64,000 nt of DNA. Origin: an uncultured Verrucomicrobiae bacterium. Lineage in GTDB: Bacteria; Verrucomicrobiota; Verrucomicrobiia; Limisphaerales; Palsa-1400. The notes beneath the pieces are model-generated. The model saw only the letters and a program-made list of their open reading frames with translations. It had not been told where the DNA came from and did not search any database. Position numbers and translations under genes: made by a program. Shown piece by piece: positions 1 to 9,858 of the stretch. The DNA lies in the NCBI GenBank assembly GCA_963702845.1, contig OY969763.1, positions 3,872,001-3,936,000 on the forward strand, read 5' to 3'. Each line of letters starts with the position of its first letter. Position 1 is the stretch's first letter.

Positions 1-981
1 GGCAGTGTGCTGGTGACAACGCCGATGTTGATGAACGCCTGGAAACCAATCATGAAAGTGATGCCGAGCCCAAGCAGCACGCCGAAGGTGTCGCAAGAGC
101 GCTTGGCGATAATGGTGCCGCAAACAATGATCGCGATGAAAAGGATCACGACGGCAAGTGTCGCGATGATTCCAAGCTCTTCGCCGATAATGGAGAAAAT
201 GAAGTCGGTGTGATGTTCGGGGACGAAGCCGAGTTTTTGGCGTCCGTTGCCGAGGCCGAGTCCAAACCAGCCACCAGAACCAAGTGCCAGCATCGCTTCG
301 TAGGCCTGATAACCGACGCCTTCTTTGTTTTCTTCGGGATGCAGCCACGCGAGGATGCGCCGCAACCGCATCGGGTCGTGCACAAGCGAAAAAGCCAAAG
401 CGAGGCCGGCGGCGATCACCGGCGGGATGATAAATTTCCAACGAACTCCGGCGATCACCAGCATTGCGGCGCTAACCAGTGCGAGGAGAATGGTACAACC
501 GCGGTCGGGTTCGATGAATATCAACGCAAGAACCATGGCGATGATGCAACTCGGAATGACGAGACCTTGCTTAAACGTGTGCATCTGGCGCTGGAAGCGG
601 TCGCAATAGGCGGCGAGAAACAAGAACCAGCGAGAGCTTGGCCAATTCCGAAGGTTGAAAACGTGGGACTCCAGGGATTGCAACCCAGCGTCGCGCGCCT
701 TTTGTTCCAAAGCCGTATGGTGAAAAAACCACCAGAAGCAAAAACCCGGCGAAAATTAAGAGATACGGAGAAATTGTTTTCAGACGGCGATAATCCATGC
801 AGGCGATCGCGGCCGCGAGCGCAAGACCCACTGCACACCAGGTGAGTTGGGAAATCAGATACTTTGCGCCGACGGCGGTCTTGCGAATTTCCATGCTCAT
901 GCTGCAGCTATAAAGCATGACGAGACCAAGGCCGGTCAAAGCCAGGACGCAGCAAATTAGAATGGTCGTCAACCACTTCAT
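1..981 (-). CDS. ftsW: Cell division protein FtsW (SEDS family); runs off left edge; one apparent frameshift near 600-620
   Basis: GLVMLYS, GARRW and FQPSELAK in ORF 571..984; another frame gives ALGSGGWFGLGLGNGRQKLGFVPEHHTDFIFSIIGEELG; AGGAGG upstream; dcw context. Confidence 0.95.
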
Positions 982-1148
982 CAAAAAGGCAAACCTCCTA
1001 ATGCGCTCACGCGCTTAAACGAACAGGCGGCACGCGTGCCGCCCGAGTCAAACCCGACGCGTTGCTGTCGGGTTTCTACACTGCAGGTGCTTAAACTTTT
1101 ACAAACGGGCTCGGATTTCATCCAAACGCATCGCGCTTGGTTGTGAAG

Positions 1149-1182
1149 AGCGGGCGCCAGGGTGAGGACACCTGACGCCCGC
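1149..1182 (-). terminator. GC-rich hairpin just after the LysM gene stop
   Basis: minus strand GCGGGCGTCAGG...CCTGGCGCCCGC followed by TCTTC; weak U-tract. Confidence 0.45.
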
Positions 1183-1195
1183 CCATTAAACGAAT

Positions 1196-2035
1196 TTAAT
1201 TATTCGCGGTGCCGGTCGTCACTTGCGCCGTTGTTGTTGGCGTAGCGGAAGCGGCAGGTACCGGAGCGCTCACCGGCGTCGCGTCGGTTGACGCTTTGCC
1301 TGCGGGCATCTTCAGTTTTTGTCCGACCTTCAGCGAGTTGATGGACTTCAACCCGTTCAAAGAAGCGAGCTGCTTCACGGTCGTCCCGTGTGACTTCGCG
1401 ATCTTTTCCAAGCGGTCGCCGCTCTTGACGGTATAGGTGGCACCGTCGGTCGAGGCCGTGTCAGCCGATGCAGGAGTTGCGCTGGTCGCAGCAACTGCGG
1501 ACGTAGAACCGACCGGGATCTGGACCTTCTGACCGATCTGCAAACGCAGCGCGTTCAGGCCGGGGTTCGCGTCTTGCAATGCTTTGAGCGATACGCCGTT
1601 TTTCTTGGCGATCGAGCCGAGCATGTCGCCTTTTTGAATCGCGTATTCGCGAGTTGCGCCGGTTGCAGCAACTGGAGTTGCAGAAGTGATCGGAGCAGCA
1701 GGAATTGCGGTCACCGGAGCACCAGTCGGAGCGGGTACTGCGGTCGGGCTAATCGCAACGGTCGGAGCCTGCGGAATTGCCGCGTTCGGATCCATCGGCG
1801 CGGGATTCGCAGCGAGGTTGTCGGTCGTCGGCATCGAAGCATCAGCGTTTGTCTTCACGCCGTTGGTTCCGCTGTTGTCGGTCGGGGCCGAGTTATCCTT
1901 GGTGCAACCCTGGATGAGCAAACCACCGATGAAAACCACGTGCACGATGAGAATCGTGAAGAAGGCTATTCGGATGGTAGATTTATTTTTCGAAGGCTTG
2001 GTGCCTTGGGGTACGAGTGGGCTTGGAGTGTTCAT
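1196..2035 (-). CDS. Membrane-anchored protein with two LysM peptidoglycan-binding domains
   Basis: N-terminal TM helix, Pro/Ala/Thr linker, [19 protein letters not shown] and [19 protein letters not shown]ysM repeats. Confidence 0.93.
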   Translation of the reverse strand: MNTPSPLVPQGTKPSKNKSTIRIAFFTILIVHVVFIGGLLIQGCTKDNSAPTDNSGTNGVKTNADASMPTTDNLAANPAPMDPNAAIPQAPTVAISPTAVPAPTGAPVTAIPAAPITSATPVAATGATREYAIQKGDMLGSIAKKNGVSLKALQDANPGLNALRLQIGQKVQIPVGSTSAVAATSATPASADTASTDGATYTVKSGDRLEKIAKSHGTTVKQLASLNGLKSINSLKVGQKLKMPAGKASTDATPVSAPVPAASATPTTTAQVTTGTANN

Positions 2036-2435
2036 TTTGGTCCTGTCTGGTTTATGTCATTCGTTGAGGTGTTCTTGTTGTTTCTTTTGTATCTGGTCTT
2101 CCCTCACAAAGACCGGATACAAAAATGTTTGGGGTCAAAACCCAGTCATTTTTCTGCAATTTTCCTGCAAAAATCGTCAATTTATTCACAATTTCGCCTT
2201 ATGGCATCCTTCAGGCCGTCTTATCAGAGCCTGCATCTTGTGGGGTTTTTAGGCCCCAGCACTATTCGTTGCGTCCGCCAACGTTCTACCGGTTTTAAGC
2301 AACAAAACGGCCTTGAATGATTCTTTTTGAATTTTTCAAGGCTTGAACAAAGCGCTGAACGTCCGTTTCTGTGTTCGCTTGTAACAATTTGTCCAAGTTG
2401 CTGCAACTGTTATTTGGTTGATTCATGTTTTTTTC

Positions 2436-3587
2436 TCACCGGATTTTCAACGTGCTCAGAGCCACCACGGCGCACAAAACGCACATGATGTAAAAGCGGG
2501 TCGTAACCTGTGATTCGTACCAACCTTTTTTCTCAAAGTGATGGTGCAACGGCGCCATCAGAAAAACGCGGCGGCCTTCGCCATATTTGCGTCGGGTGTA
2601 TTTGAAATAGAAACGTTGAATCATGACGGAACCGGCTTCGGCAACAAAGACGCCGCCCGCGATGATCATGATGAGCGGTTGGTGAATGAGGACGGCGATC
2701 ATGCCGAGCGCGCCGCCGAGCGCGAGTGAACCGGTGTCGCCCATGAACACTTTTGCCGGATGACAATTGAACCAAAGGAACCCAAGACCCGCTCCGATCA
2801 TGCCGGCGGCGAAAACGGTCAGTTCGCCGGCGCCGGGCACGTATGGGATTTGAAGGTATTGCGCAGTGCGGAAATTTCCAGCGAGATAGCTCAGGACCAG
2901 AAAAACAAACGAGACAATCACAACACAACCCGTGGCAAGACCGTCGAGGCCGTCGGTCAAATTCACGGCATTTGAGGTGCCGACAATGGTAAGTGCGGTG
3001 AGGATTACGCCCACGGTTGCGCCGATGGAACCCGTCAACACTGGATATTTTACAAATGGCACCATGACTTCGCTGACCATTTTGCTGGTCGCGGGAAGCT
3101 TCCATAGATAGAGGCCGACGAAAATCGCGAGGATCCCCTGGACCCACAGCTTGATGAACTCAGTGATGCCACCGGCATTTTGTTTGGTGATTTTCGCGTA
3201 GTCGTCGAGGAAGCCGAGGCCGCAAAGCACGATGAAGGTGAGCGACATCAATTGCACGAGCGTGTTGTATTGGGTCCACAACATCGCGGTAAGATCGACG
3301 ACGAGAACGATCAAAATTCCACCCATCGTTGGTGTGCCACGTTTATCGACGCGATTGGTCAACGCGCCCTGCTCTTCTGCGCGATCGCGGTATTCCTGGC
3401 CGAACTTCAATTCTTTGAGCCAGCGAATCATTCGCGGACCAAGAATCCAACTCAGCACGAGCGCAGTAACGGCGGCGCCGGCACTACGGAATGTGATGTA
3501 GCGAAAGACGCGCAACGGCGAGACATAGGCTTGCCATTGGCCGTCTTTGGCCCACATCAGAATTTTCTCGGCGAGGTAGTAAAGCAT
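2436..3587 (-). CDS. mraY: Phospho-N-acetylmuramoyl-pentapeptide transferase
   Basis: GTPTMGG, GFLDDY, NAVNLTDGLDGL, VFMGDTGS, MAPLHHHFE motifs. Confidence 0.98.
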   Translation of the reverse strand: MLYYLAEKILMWAKDGQWQAYVSPLRVFRYITFRSAGAAVTALVLSWILGPRMIRWLKELKFGQEYRDRAEEQGALTNRVDKRGTPTMGGILIVLVVDLTAMLWTQYNTLVQLMSLTFIVLCGLGFLDDYAKITKQNAGGITEFIKLWVQGILAIFVGLYLWKLPATSKMVSEVMVPFVKYPVLTGSIGATVGVILTALTIVGTSNAVNLTDGLDGLATGCVVIVSFVFLVLSYLAGNFRTAQYLQIPYVPGAGELTVFAAGMIGAGLGFLWFNCHPAKVFMGDTGSLALGGALGMIAVLIHQPLIMIIAGGVFVAEAGSVMIQRFYFKYTRRKYGEGRRVFLMAPLHHHFEKKGWYESQVTTRFYIMCVLCAVVALSTLKIR

Positions 3588-4973
3588 TTAGTTCCTGATA
3601 AGTTGCTCGACGATTCGCTCCATCTTCATCGCACGCGAGGCCTTCACCAAAACGAGGTCGCCGTCGCGAACAAACTCTTTGATTTGGGTCGCAGCATCTT
3701 CGACATCGGTAAATTCGGTAACGTTCTTCAGGCCTTTTTTGCGCGCGGCTTCAGCGATGCCGCTGGCGAGGCGGCCAACTGCAAAAAGTTGATCAATTTT
3801 CAGTGAGGCAGCTTTTTCGCCGACTTCTGAATGTGCAGCAGCGGCTTCGTTGCCGAGTTCAGCCATGTCACCAAGCACCGCGACGCGACGAGCGCGCGTA
3901 GGCATTTCGCGCAATGTTTCCAGGGCAGCGAGCATGGAGTCGGCATTGGCGTTGTAAGCGTCATCAAGGACGCCGATGCCTTTGGCCGACCAGAATTGCA
4001 TGCGCATTTTGGGCGGAGCACATTCGCTGACGCCACGCGCGATTTCGGCGTGGCCAAGTCCGAGCTCGTCGCCGACCGCGATAGCGAAGAGGGCGTTCAC
4101 CACTTGATGGCGTCCGAGAAGTTTTAAGCGGTATTCGCCATCGACTTTGCCGGCTCGAGACTTAACCAAAAAGGAAACGCCATGTTCCGAAAGCTTGATA
4201 TCACTCGCGCTGTAATCGTTTTTTCCATTGAGGCCGACTTTAATCACGCGAGCGCGAGTGCGACGCGCGATGGCTTCACTCCACACGTTGTCTCCATTGA
4301 GAAACACCGCTCCACCAGCAGGAACTGCTTCTGCAACCGCCCCTTCCTCGCGGGCAACGCCATCGAGGTCGCCGAAAAATTCGAGATGTTCGCGCCCGAT
4401 GTTGGTTACGACTGCGTAGCGTGGAGCGACCATGAACGCGAGCGGCGCGAGTTCGCCAGGATGATTCGTGCCGATTTCAAGCACGGCAGCTTGATGAGTT
4501 TTTTCAAGCTTCAACAGGGTGAGCGGCACACCGATATCATTGTTGAAACTGGCTTCGCTCCAGAGTGTCGGATTTTCCTGACGCAGCACTGAAGCGATCA
4601 ATTCTTTCGTCGTCGTTTTGCCGTTGGAGCCGGCGACCGCGATGATTGGCAAATCGAAATTGCGACGATAATGCGAGGCTAGCCGGCCGAGCGCTTTGCG
4701 GGTGTCGTCGACTTCGATTGCCGGGAACGGCGCGCGCGGAGCGACGCGCCCTACCTTGTGCTTTTCGACAACGACAGCAGCGACGCCGGTTTCGAGAACA
4801 TGCGGCAAGAATTCGTGCGCGTCGAAATTCTCGCCCGAGAGTGCAAAGAACAAATCTCCAGCCTGTGCCTTGCGCGAATCTGTGCAGATGCGCGAGACGG
4901 TCGTGTCCGGCGTCGCCACCCTGAGTTCGCCCTGGCACGCTTCAGCGACATACTGGAGTGTTCGTGTTTCCAT
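3588..4973 (-). CDS. murF: UDP-MurNAc-tripeptide D-Ala-D-Ala ligase
   Basis: TDSR, GSNGKTTTKE, SFNNDIGVP, DDAYNAN, LGDMAELG, VKASR; ATG at 4973. Confidence 0.97.
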   Translation of the reverse strand: METRTLQYVAEACQGELRVATPDTTVSRICTDSRKAQAGDLFFALSGENFDAHEFLPHVLETGVAAVVVEKHKVGRVAPRAPFPAIEVDDTRKALGRLASHYRRNFDLPIIAVAGSNGKTTTKELIASVLRQENPTLWSEASFNNDIGVPLTLLKLEKTHQAAVLEIGTNHPGELAPLAFMVAPRYAVVTNIGREHLEFFGDLDGVAREEGAVAEAVPAGGAVFLNGDNVWSEAIARRTRARVIKVGLNGKNDYSASDIKLSEHGVSFLVKSRAGKVDGEYRLKLLGRHQVVNALFAIAVGDELGLGHAEIARGVSECAPPKMRMQFWSAKGIGVLDDAYNANADSMLAALETLREMPTRARRVAVLGDMAELGNEAAAAHSEVGEKAASLKIDQLFAVGRLASGIAEAARKKGLKNVTEFTDVEDAATQIKEFVRDGDLVLVKASRAMKMERIVEQLIRN

Positions 4974-5209
4974 TAATCGTGCAGCGGACTGTTTGATTTG
5001 AAACGGCAACGCGGTCCGCGCAGGGCGCGATTCAGCGCGAAGCGACGGCCTTCCATGTGTTCGGGAACGGCATTCGATTCGAGTTCGGCGATGGCTTGTT
5101 CGACCGGTTCTTTTGAAAATGCTTTCGGAAATGCCGGTCCGCCTTGTGTGGCGAGCCCAAAATTATTGCCGGCCTGCTGCTGATCCGTTTCGAATTTTTT
5201 CATTTTCAT
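4973..5209 (-). CDS. Small hypothetical protein (76-78 aa) between ftsI and murF
   Basis: starts 11 nt after the ftsI stop; its TAA overlaps the murF ATG (TAATG), typical translational coupling. Confidence 0.55.
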   Translation of the reverse strand: MKMKKFETDQQQAGNNFGLATQGGPAFPKAFSKEPVEQAIAELESNAVPEHMEGRRFALNRALRGPRCRFKSNSPLHD

Positions 5210-5220
5210 AGGTTCAGGTG

Positions 5221-7077
5221 TTATCTGGCTTGCAGTCCCTTTTTGGTGTTCGACGCCTCGACCAGGCGTGGTTGATTATCCATTAAAGGTTCAACTTCGA
5301 TGTCAGGCTTGAGATTCAAATAGTTTGCGGCGCGATCGGCGATTTCTTTGAAAAATGGCGCGGCAGTCTGGCCGCCGAAATGGCCGTTCTTCGGATCGTC
5401 GATCACGACGGAAATGCAAATTTCCGGATTATCCGCCGGGAAAAATCCGATGAATGAGGAGAAAAATTTCTGCACGTAGTGGCCGTGCTCAACTTTTTGT
5501 GCGGTGCCAGTTTTCCCGGCGACGGTGAAGTTTTCCATGTGCGCCTTTTCGGCGGTGCCACCTTTGATCGGCACGGTCTTAAGCGCGGTGATCATGTCTT
5601 TATCGGCGCGGTCGCCGGCGACCGTGCGGACAGGTTGTGGCTGATATTTCGCGACGATCTTTCCATCGGAATTTTCAAGGCGATCAACGAGCATCGGGCG
5701 CATTAACACTCCGTGATTGGCGATCGCGCACATGGCCATGACCATTTGCAACGGCGTGACAGCGATGCCCTGGCCCATCGGAATTTGGGCGATTGAGACC
5801 TTCGTCCACTTCTGCACCGGATGCACGATGCCGGAGACTTCACCGGGCAGCGGAATGCCCGTCTTACTGCCGAAACCGAAATCGGTGATGTAGTGGTAGA
5901 GGCGTTCTTCGCCGAGACGAATACCGATTTTGGCCGAGCCAATATTAGAAGACTTAGTGATGATGTTCATCACGCTCAGGTCACCGTAAGGTTCGTGGTC
6001 ATGCAACGTGCGGCCGGCGTAAGCGAAGTGTCCATGCTCGCAGTTGAACACGTCCGTGAGGCGAACGACTTGTTCGTTCAAACCAGCGCTGATAACGACG
6101 ATCTTGAACGTAGACCCCGGTTCAGCGATATCGCTGATAACGCGATTGCGCAGGGCGTCCATCGGAAATGCGCCGGGACGATTTGGATCGAAGTTCGGGA
6201 TCGTGGCCATCGCGAGAATTTCACCCGTACGAGGCCGAACGATGGTGCACGACGCGCTTACCGGCGTGTGCTTTTTTACGATCTCGACCAACTCAGTTTC
6301 GGCGATGTGCTGGAGGCCGGCATCGATTGTCAGCACGACATTTAAGCCGTCGCGTGGATTAACGGCTTCTTCGCGGAACACGACCAACTCACGTTGGCGC
6401 TTATCGATTTCTGTGCGCAGCCAACCACGAACACCGGTGAGTTTGGAGTTGAAAGCAAGTTCGATTCCGTTCTGGCCGGATTGGAGATCGTCGTTTGCAA
6501 CATAACCAAGAATGTGCGACGCCAAACGGCCATTGGGGTATACGCGAATTTCGTCATCTTCGGCGAACACGGCCTTGGCGCGAAGATTGGTATAGAAACG
6601 CTTGTCGACGGCTTTGAGCTTGGATTCGTCGACGCCAAAAGAGAGCGTCGACATTGTTTTGTTGATTGCTTCCCACGTATCGAGCGTGACTTTGCGTTTT
6701 AAAACGATGTAGCCATTGGTCTTTCCGTCTTGGCGGAGGTGCGGAGCCAATCGCTCAAAGACAAAATCCACGTTTGTTTGCAGCAAGGGTGCGATGGCGC
6801 GAGCGACTTCGGCGCGGCGATCGCCGACCAAACTTGGATCAGCGCAAATGATTTTCGCCGGGATGCTCGTGGCAAGTGGATTGCCACGAATGTCGAGAAT
6901 TGCGCCGCGCATCGGCGGGCGCGAAATCGTGCGATGGGTGTTGTGCTCCGCGCGGGTCTGAAGGTCGTGATGACGGAGAACCTGGAGATCGACCAGACGG
7001 TATCCAAGCGCCGTAAATGCCACCACCAGGAGCCCGGTTACGAGCCCGATTTTCAAATCTGTCGCCGCGAACTTCAT
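5221..7077 (-). CDS. ftsI: Class B penicillin-binding protein (PBP3)
   Basis: RGAILD, EPGSTFK (SxxK), KSSN (SxN), KTGTAQK; likely ATG at 7077 with GAGGAG upstream. Confidence 0.96.
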   Translation of the reverse strand: MKFAATDLKIGLVTGLLVVAFTALGYRLVDLQVLRHHDLQTRAEHNTHRTISRPPMRGAILDIRGNPLATSIPAKIICADPSLVGDRRAEVARAIAPLLQTNVDFVFERLAPHLRQDGKTNGYIVLKRKVTLDTWEAINKTMSTLSFGVDESKLKAVDKRFYTNLRAKAVFAEDDEIRVYPNGRLASHILGYVANDDLQSGQNGIELAFNSKLTGVRGWLRTEIDKRQRELVVFREEAVNPRDGLNVVLTIDAGLQHIAETELVEIVKKHTPVSASCTIVRPRTGEILAMATIPNFDPNRPGAFPMDALRNRVISDIAEPGSTFKIVVISAGLNEQVVRLTDVFNCEHGHFAYAGRTLHDHEPYGDLSVMNIITKSSNIGSAKIGIRLGEERLYHYITDFGFGSKTGIPLPGEVSGIVHPVQKWTKVSIAQIPMGQGIAVTPLQMVMAMCAIANHGVLMRPMLVDRLENSDGKIVAKYQPQPVRTVAGDRADKDMITALKTVPIKGGTAEKAHMENFTVAGKTGTAQKVEHGHYVQKFFSSFIGFFPADNPEICISVVIDDPKNGHFGGQTAAPFFKEIADRAANYLNLKPDIEVEPLMDNQPRLVEASNTKKGLQAR

Positions 7078-7150
7078 CTTCCACTCCTCTGGAGCCGCGC
7101 ATTGCGCTCCGGCGCCCATCGTCGCGATGGGTTGAGGCTTGCGCCTCGTC

Positions 7151-7210
7151 TGGAGTTTCGGCTGCAGGCGGCCCGGCACACGTCGTGCCGCCTAAAGGCG
7201 GGACTCCAAA
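7151..7210. repeat. REP-like palindromic element (TGGAGT...CCGCCTAAAGGCGGGACTCCA type)
   Basis: terminal inverted repeat TGGAGT/ACTCCA enclosing the palindrome CCGCCT-AA-AGGCGG. Confidence 0.65.
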
Positions 7211-7356
7211 CAACTACATCAACCAAGCGCCACATGCGCTTAGTTACCGGCCACCCGCGCCCGTTCAGGTCCTCCAACCGAACTAGGCGCGGGCAACCGG
7301 CAAAAATTCACTCTTCACTGTTCAGTATTCAGCTACTGAACACCTGAGACTGGACG

Positions 7357-7722
7357 CTAGTCTCGCTTCGCTAACTCTGTTGCATGAGTGTGCGAAGGTT
7401 GTTGCGTCTGAACCGGGCCGTCGACCAGACGAATCACTTGCGTCAGGGCCGGCGGACCGAGTCCTAAATTCAATTGTCGAACGCGCTCTTCCAACTTCAC
7501 CGGCGAGCACAAAGCCGCCAATTGATCGCGCCGGACTTTGTTTCCGCGTTCCAAATCAGCGAGATGGTTCTCCCGCTCCTTGATTTGATGGCCGAGCAGG
7601 CTGATCTGGTTCTTGTACCAGACATAACCCACTCCAGCCGTGACGAAGAAAGCACAGAGGAGCAGCGCCTTGATGACAGGCGCGAATCTCACTGCTGCAT
7701 CGCTTTTTCTGTTCTTCGCCAT
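7357..7722 (-). CDS. ftsL: FtsL-like cell division protein
   Basis: short basic N-terminus, single TM helix, coiled coil, SPVKLEERVRQLNLGL; lies between rsmH and ftsI. Confidence 0.8.
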   Translation of the reverse strand: MAKNRKSDAAVRFAPVIKALLLCAFFVTAGVGYVWYKNQISLLGHQIKERENHLADLERGNKVRRDQLAALCSPVKLEERVRQLNLGLGPPALTQVIRLVDGPVQTQQPSHTHATELAKRD

Positions 7723-7734
7723 CTTCGTTCTTTT

Positions 7735-7803
7735 GTAGCGGCCGAGGTAATGAGGCTCGAATGTTCCTCCTGCAAGTCAGAGCCTTCTCACATCGGCTGC
7801 TAC
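7735..7803. repeat. REP-like element, GTAG...CTAC type
   Basis: GTAGCGGCCGAGGTAATGAGGCTC and GAGCCTTCTCACATCGGCTGCTAC form an imperfect inverted repeat; a related half copy starts at 23336. Confidence 0.75.
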
Positions 7804-7807
7804 GAAT

Positions 7808-8728
7808 TCAAATTTTCTCAAATGCTCTCAGCTGCGCGCTTCTGCTTCGCGGATTATCATGCACTTCAGCTTCCGTCGGTTTAATTGCTTTCCGCGTCAA
7901 AATTTTCAATTGCGGTGGCACGGGCACGCGCAACTCCGGCACATCCACTTCGCCGGGGAATTCGTAACCCCGCGACAGATAGCGGCCGAATTCCTTCACC
8001 ACCCGGTCCTCCAACGAATGGAAAGTAATAACCGCCAACCTGCCGCCGGGTCGTAAAATCTTCATCGCACCCGCCAGGCCTCGTTTCAAAGAGCCAATTT
8101 CATCATTCACCGCGATGCGCAGAGCCTGGAAAACCTGCGTCGCCGGATGCGTCTTATGTCCTGCTCGCGGGGAAATACGTTCAATCAACTGCGCAAGCTG
8201 CCGTGTTGTTTGGAAGGGCCGATCGTGTTCAATTGCTTTCGCAATCCGCCGCGATTTCTCTTCGCCTCCGTATTCCCAAAAAATCTTTGCCAACTCCTCC
8301 GCGCCCGCCGTGTTCACCAGCTCGGCCGCGGTCATGCCTCGCGTTGGATCCATCCGCATGTCCAACGGTCCTTCCCCAACCAGGCTGAAACCGCGTGCGG
8401 CTTCACCCAATTGCAAAGAACTGATCCCCAAATCGAGCAGCACTCCATCCAACGTTCCCAGCTCAATCCAATCCGCTAAATCAGCGTAATTCCCCTGGCG
8501 CAGCTCAAACCTGCCCGCATACGACGACAACTTGCGGGTTGCCGCCTGCAGCGCGACGCCATCGCGATCGCATCCATACAGCCATCCAGTCGGCGAGCTT
8601 GCCTCCAGAATCGCTATGGCGTGTCCAGCTCCACCGACCGTTCCGTCTCCGTAACGGCCGGTGGAGTGGACTGCCATCACTGCCAGCACCTCCTTTAACA
8701 GCACTGGCTTGTGAAATAGTTCCGGCAC
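7808..8728 (-). CDS. rsmH: 16S rRNA m4C1402 methyltransferase (MraW)
   Basis: HKPVLLKE, DGTVGGAGHA, DLGISS, LDMRM, FQALRIAVN, TFHSLEDR, NPRSRSA; probable GTG start at 8728. Confidence 0.97.
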   Translation of the reverse strand: MPELFHKPVLLKEVLAVMAVHSTGRYGDGTVGGAGHAIAILEASSPTGWLYGCDRDGVALQAATRKLSSYAGRFELRQGNYADLADWIELGTLDGVLLDLGISSLQLGEAARGFSLVGEGPLDMRMDPTRGMTAAELVNTAGAEELAKIFWEYGGEEKSRRIAKAIEHDRPFQTTRQLAQLIERISPRAGHKTHPATQVFQALRIAVNDEIGSLKRGLAGAMKILRPGGRLAVITFHSLEDRVVKEFGRYLSRGYEFPGEVDVPELRVPVPPQLKILTRKAIKPTEAEVHDNPRSRSAQLRAFEKI

Positions 8729-8758
8729 TTGGCATTTGTTACTCAGCTTTTTTCTGAG

Positions 8759-8876
8759 CCACAGAGACACAGAGCGTAAAGAGAACGTAAAACGTCACTA
8801 TTTTATTGGCCGTTCTCATTGACTCTGTGTCTCTATGGTTCATTCCTGCAAATCTCAAATCCAAATCTCAAATCTC
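8759..8876. repeat. Inverted CCACAGAGACACAGAG/CTCTGTGTCTCTATGG repeat followed by AAATCTC heptamers
   Basis: seen at 8759-8774, 8823-8838 and 8850-8876. Confidence 0.7.
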
Positions 8877-8880
8877 GAGT

Positions 8881-9855
8881 TCAGACACGCGCGATTAATT
8901 CCGGCGTAGGTTCCGTTTGCGGAGCATCCGCAGCGGAATTAATCGCGCTGTCCGTCTTCTTTGTGATTCCACGGCGGCTCGTCGCTGTCGTGGTTATCGC
9001 TTTTTCGGCCGTCGCTGTTTGTAGTTTCCCTGTCCCCACCTTAGCTTCGGCCGAGACCACCTCCAGGTCGGCGTCTAAAAGTTCATTGCGAATCGGGCGC
9101 ACGTTATCTAAAGCGAATTCGCCTTGGACCGCGGGTTGTGCGGCATTGCGTTTGCGTCCAAAAATAGCTTCGCGCAGCTTGGAAGGAACAGATTGGTTCA
9201 CTTCCGACTTGGCAGCCGAATGCAGGACGGGCGTTGCCGGCTTTACCACAACCGGGGCGCTCGCCTTCCTTTCAGTCATTCGCTTTTCGTAAGCGTCGGC
9301 AATTGGATTTGCTTCCGGTTTACCAGGGCAAGTGGCGCCAAAATTGGCCCGTTGTTGCAAATGCTGCGGAGCATCAGTAGCTGGCGCAGATGACTGAACA
9401 GAAACCGCCTCCGAAGAATGCGGCATTTCTCGGCGGAACGTGTTCGTCAGCTTCTCCAATACGGTCGGCTGGACTCTTTTGCCAAGCTCCTGATTGTCCG
9501 TAAAGACTTCGGCGGTTGGCTCACCGGCTTGCACAGTCGCGACGTGTCTCACCGCGTCCTGTTCGGGCAACCGCCGAAAAACCTGATAGCTTTTCTTTTC
9601 CGCAGAGCCACCAAAGGGCTGCGGCTCCTCCGGTTTCAACAACACACGTTTGGCCGCAGCTGCAAACTTCTTCAGCCACGAGGACACCGGATCCAAAACC
9701 GCTGAAGAAACCGAACTTGTCTGCGAAGTAACTGCCGGAGCGCCGGGCTTGCCGAAATTCGGCAACATCCCCGTCGTCTCCAGGTTGTAACCGGCCTGTC
9801 GGCGTTTCATACCGTTGAGCGCGTTACTAAATGATAGCAATTTTGGGAATTGCAT
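8881..9855 (-). CDS. Hypothetical, largely low-complexity protein inserted between mraZ and rsmH
   Basis: 324-aa ORF starting 3 nt after the mraZ stop; A/P/S/T/K rich; no family recognised. Confidence 0.75.
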   Translation of the reverse strand: MQFPKLLSFSNALNGMKRRQAGYNLETTGMLPNFGKPGAPAVTSQTSSVSSAVLDPVSSWLKKFAAAAKRVLLKPEEPQPFGGSAEKKSYQVFRRLPEQDAVRHVATVQAGEPTAEVFTDNQELGKRVQPTVLEKLTNTFRREMPHSSEAVSVQSSAPATDAPQHLQQRANFGATCPGKPEANPIADAYEKRMTERKASAPVVVKPATPVLHSAAKSEVNQSVPSKLREAIFGRKRNAAQPAVQGEFALDNVRPIRNELLDADLEVVSAEAKVGTGKLQTATAEKAITTTATSRRGITKKTDSAINSAADAPQTEPTPELIARV

Positions 9856-9858
9856 AGG

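Noticed and set aside
7078..7179. N-terminal extension of FtsI shown in the ORF track
   Set aside because: It runs through a REP-like element; the ATG at 7077 has a good RBS and directly precedes the TM helix
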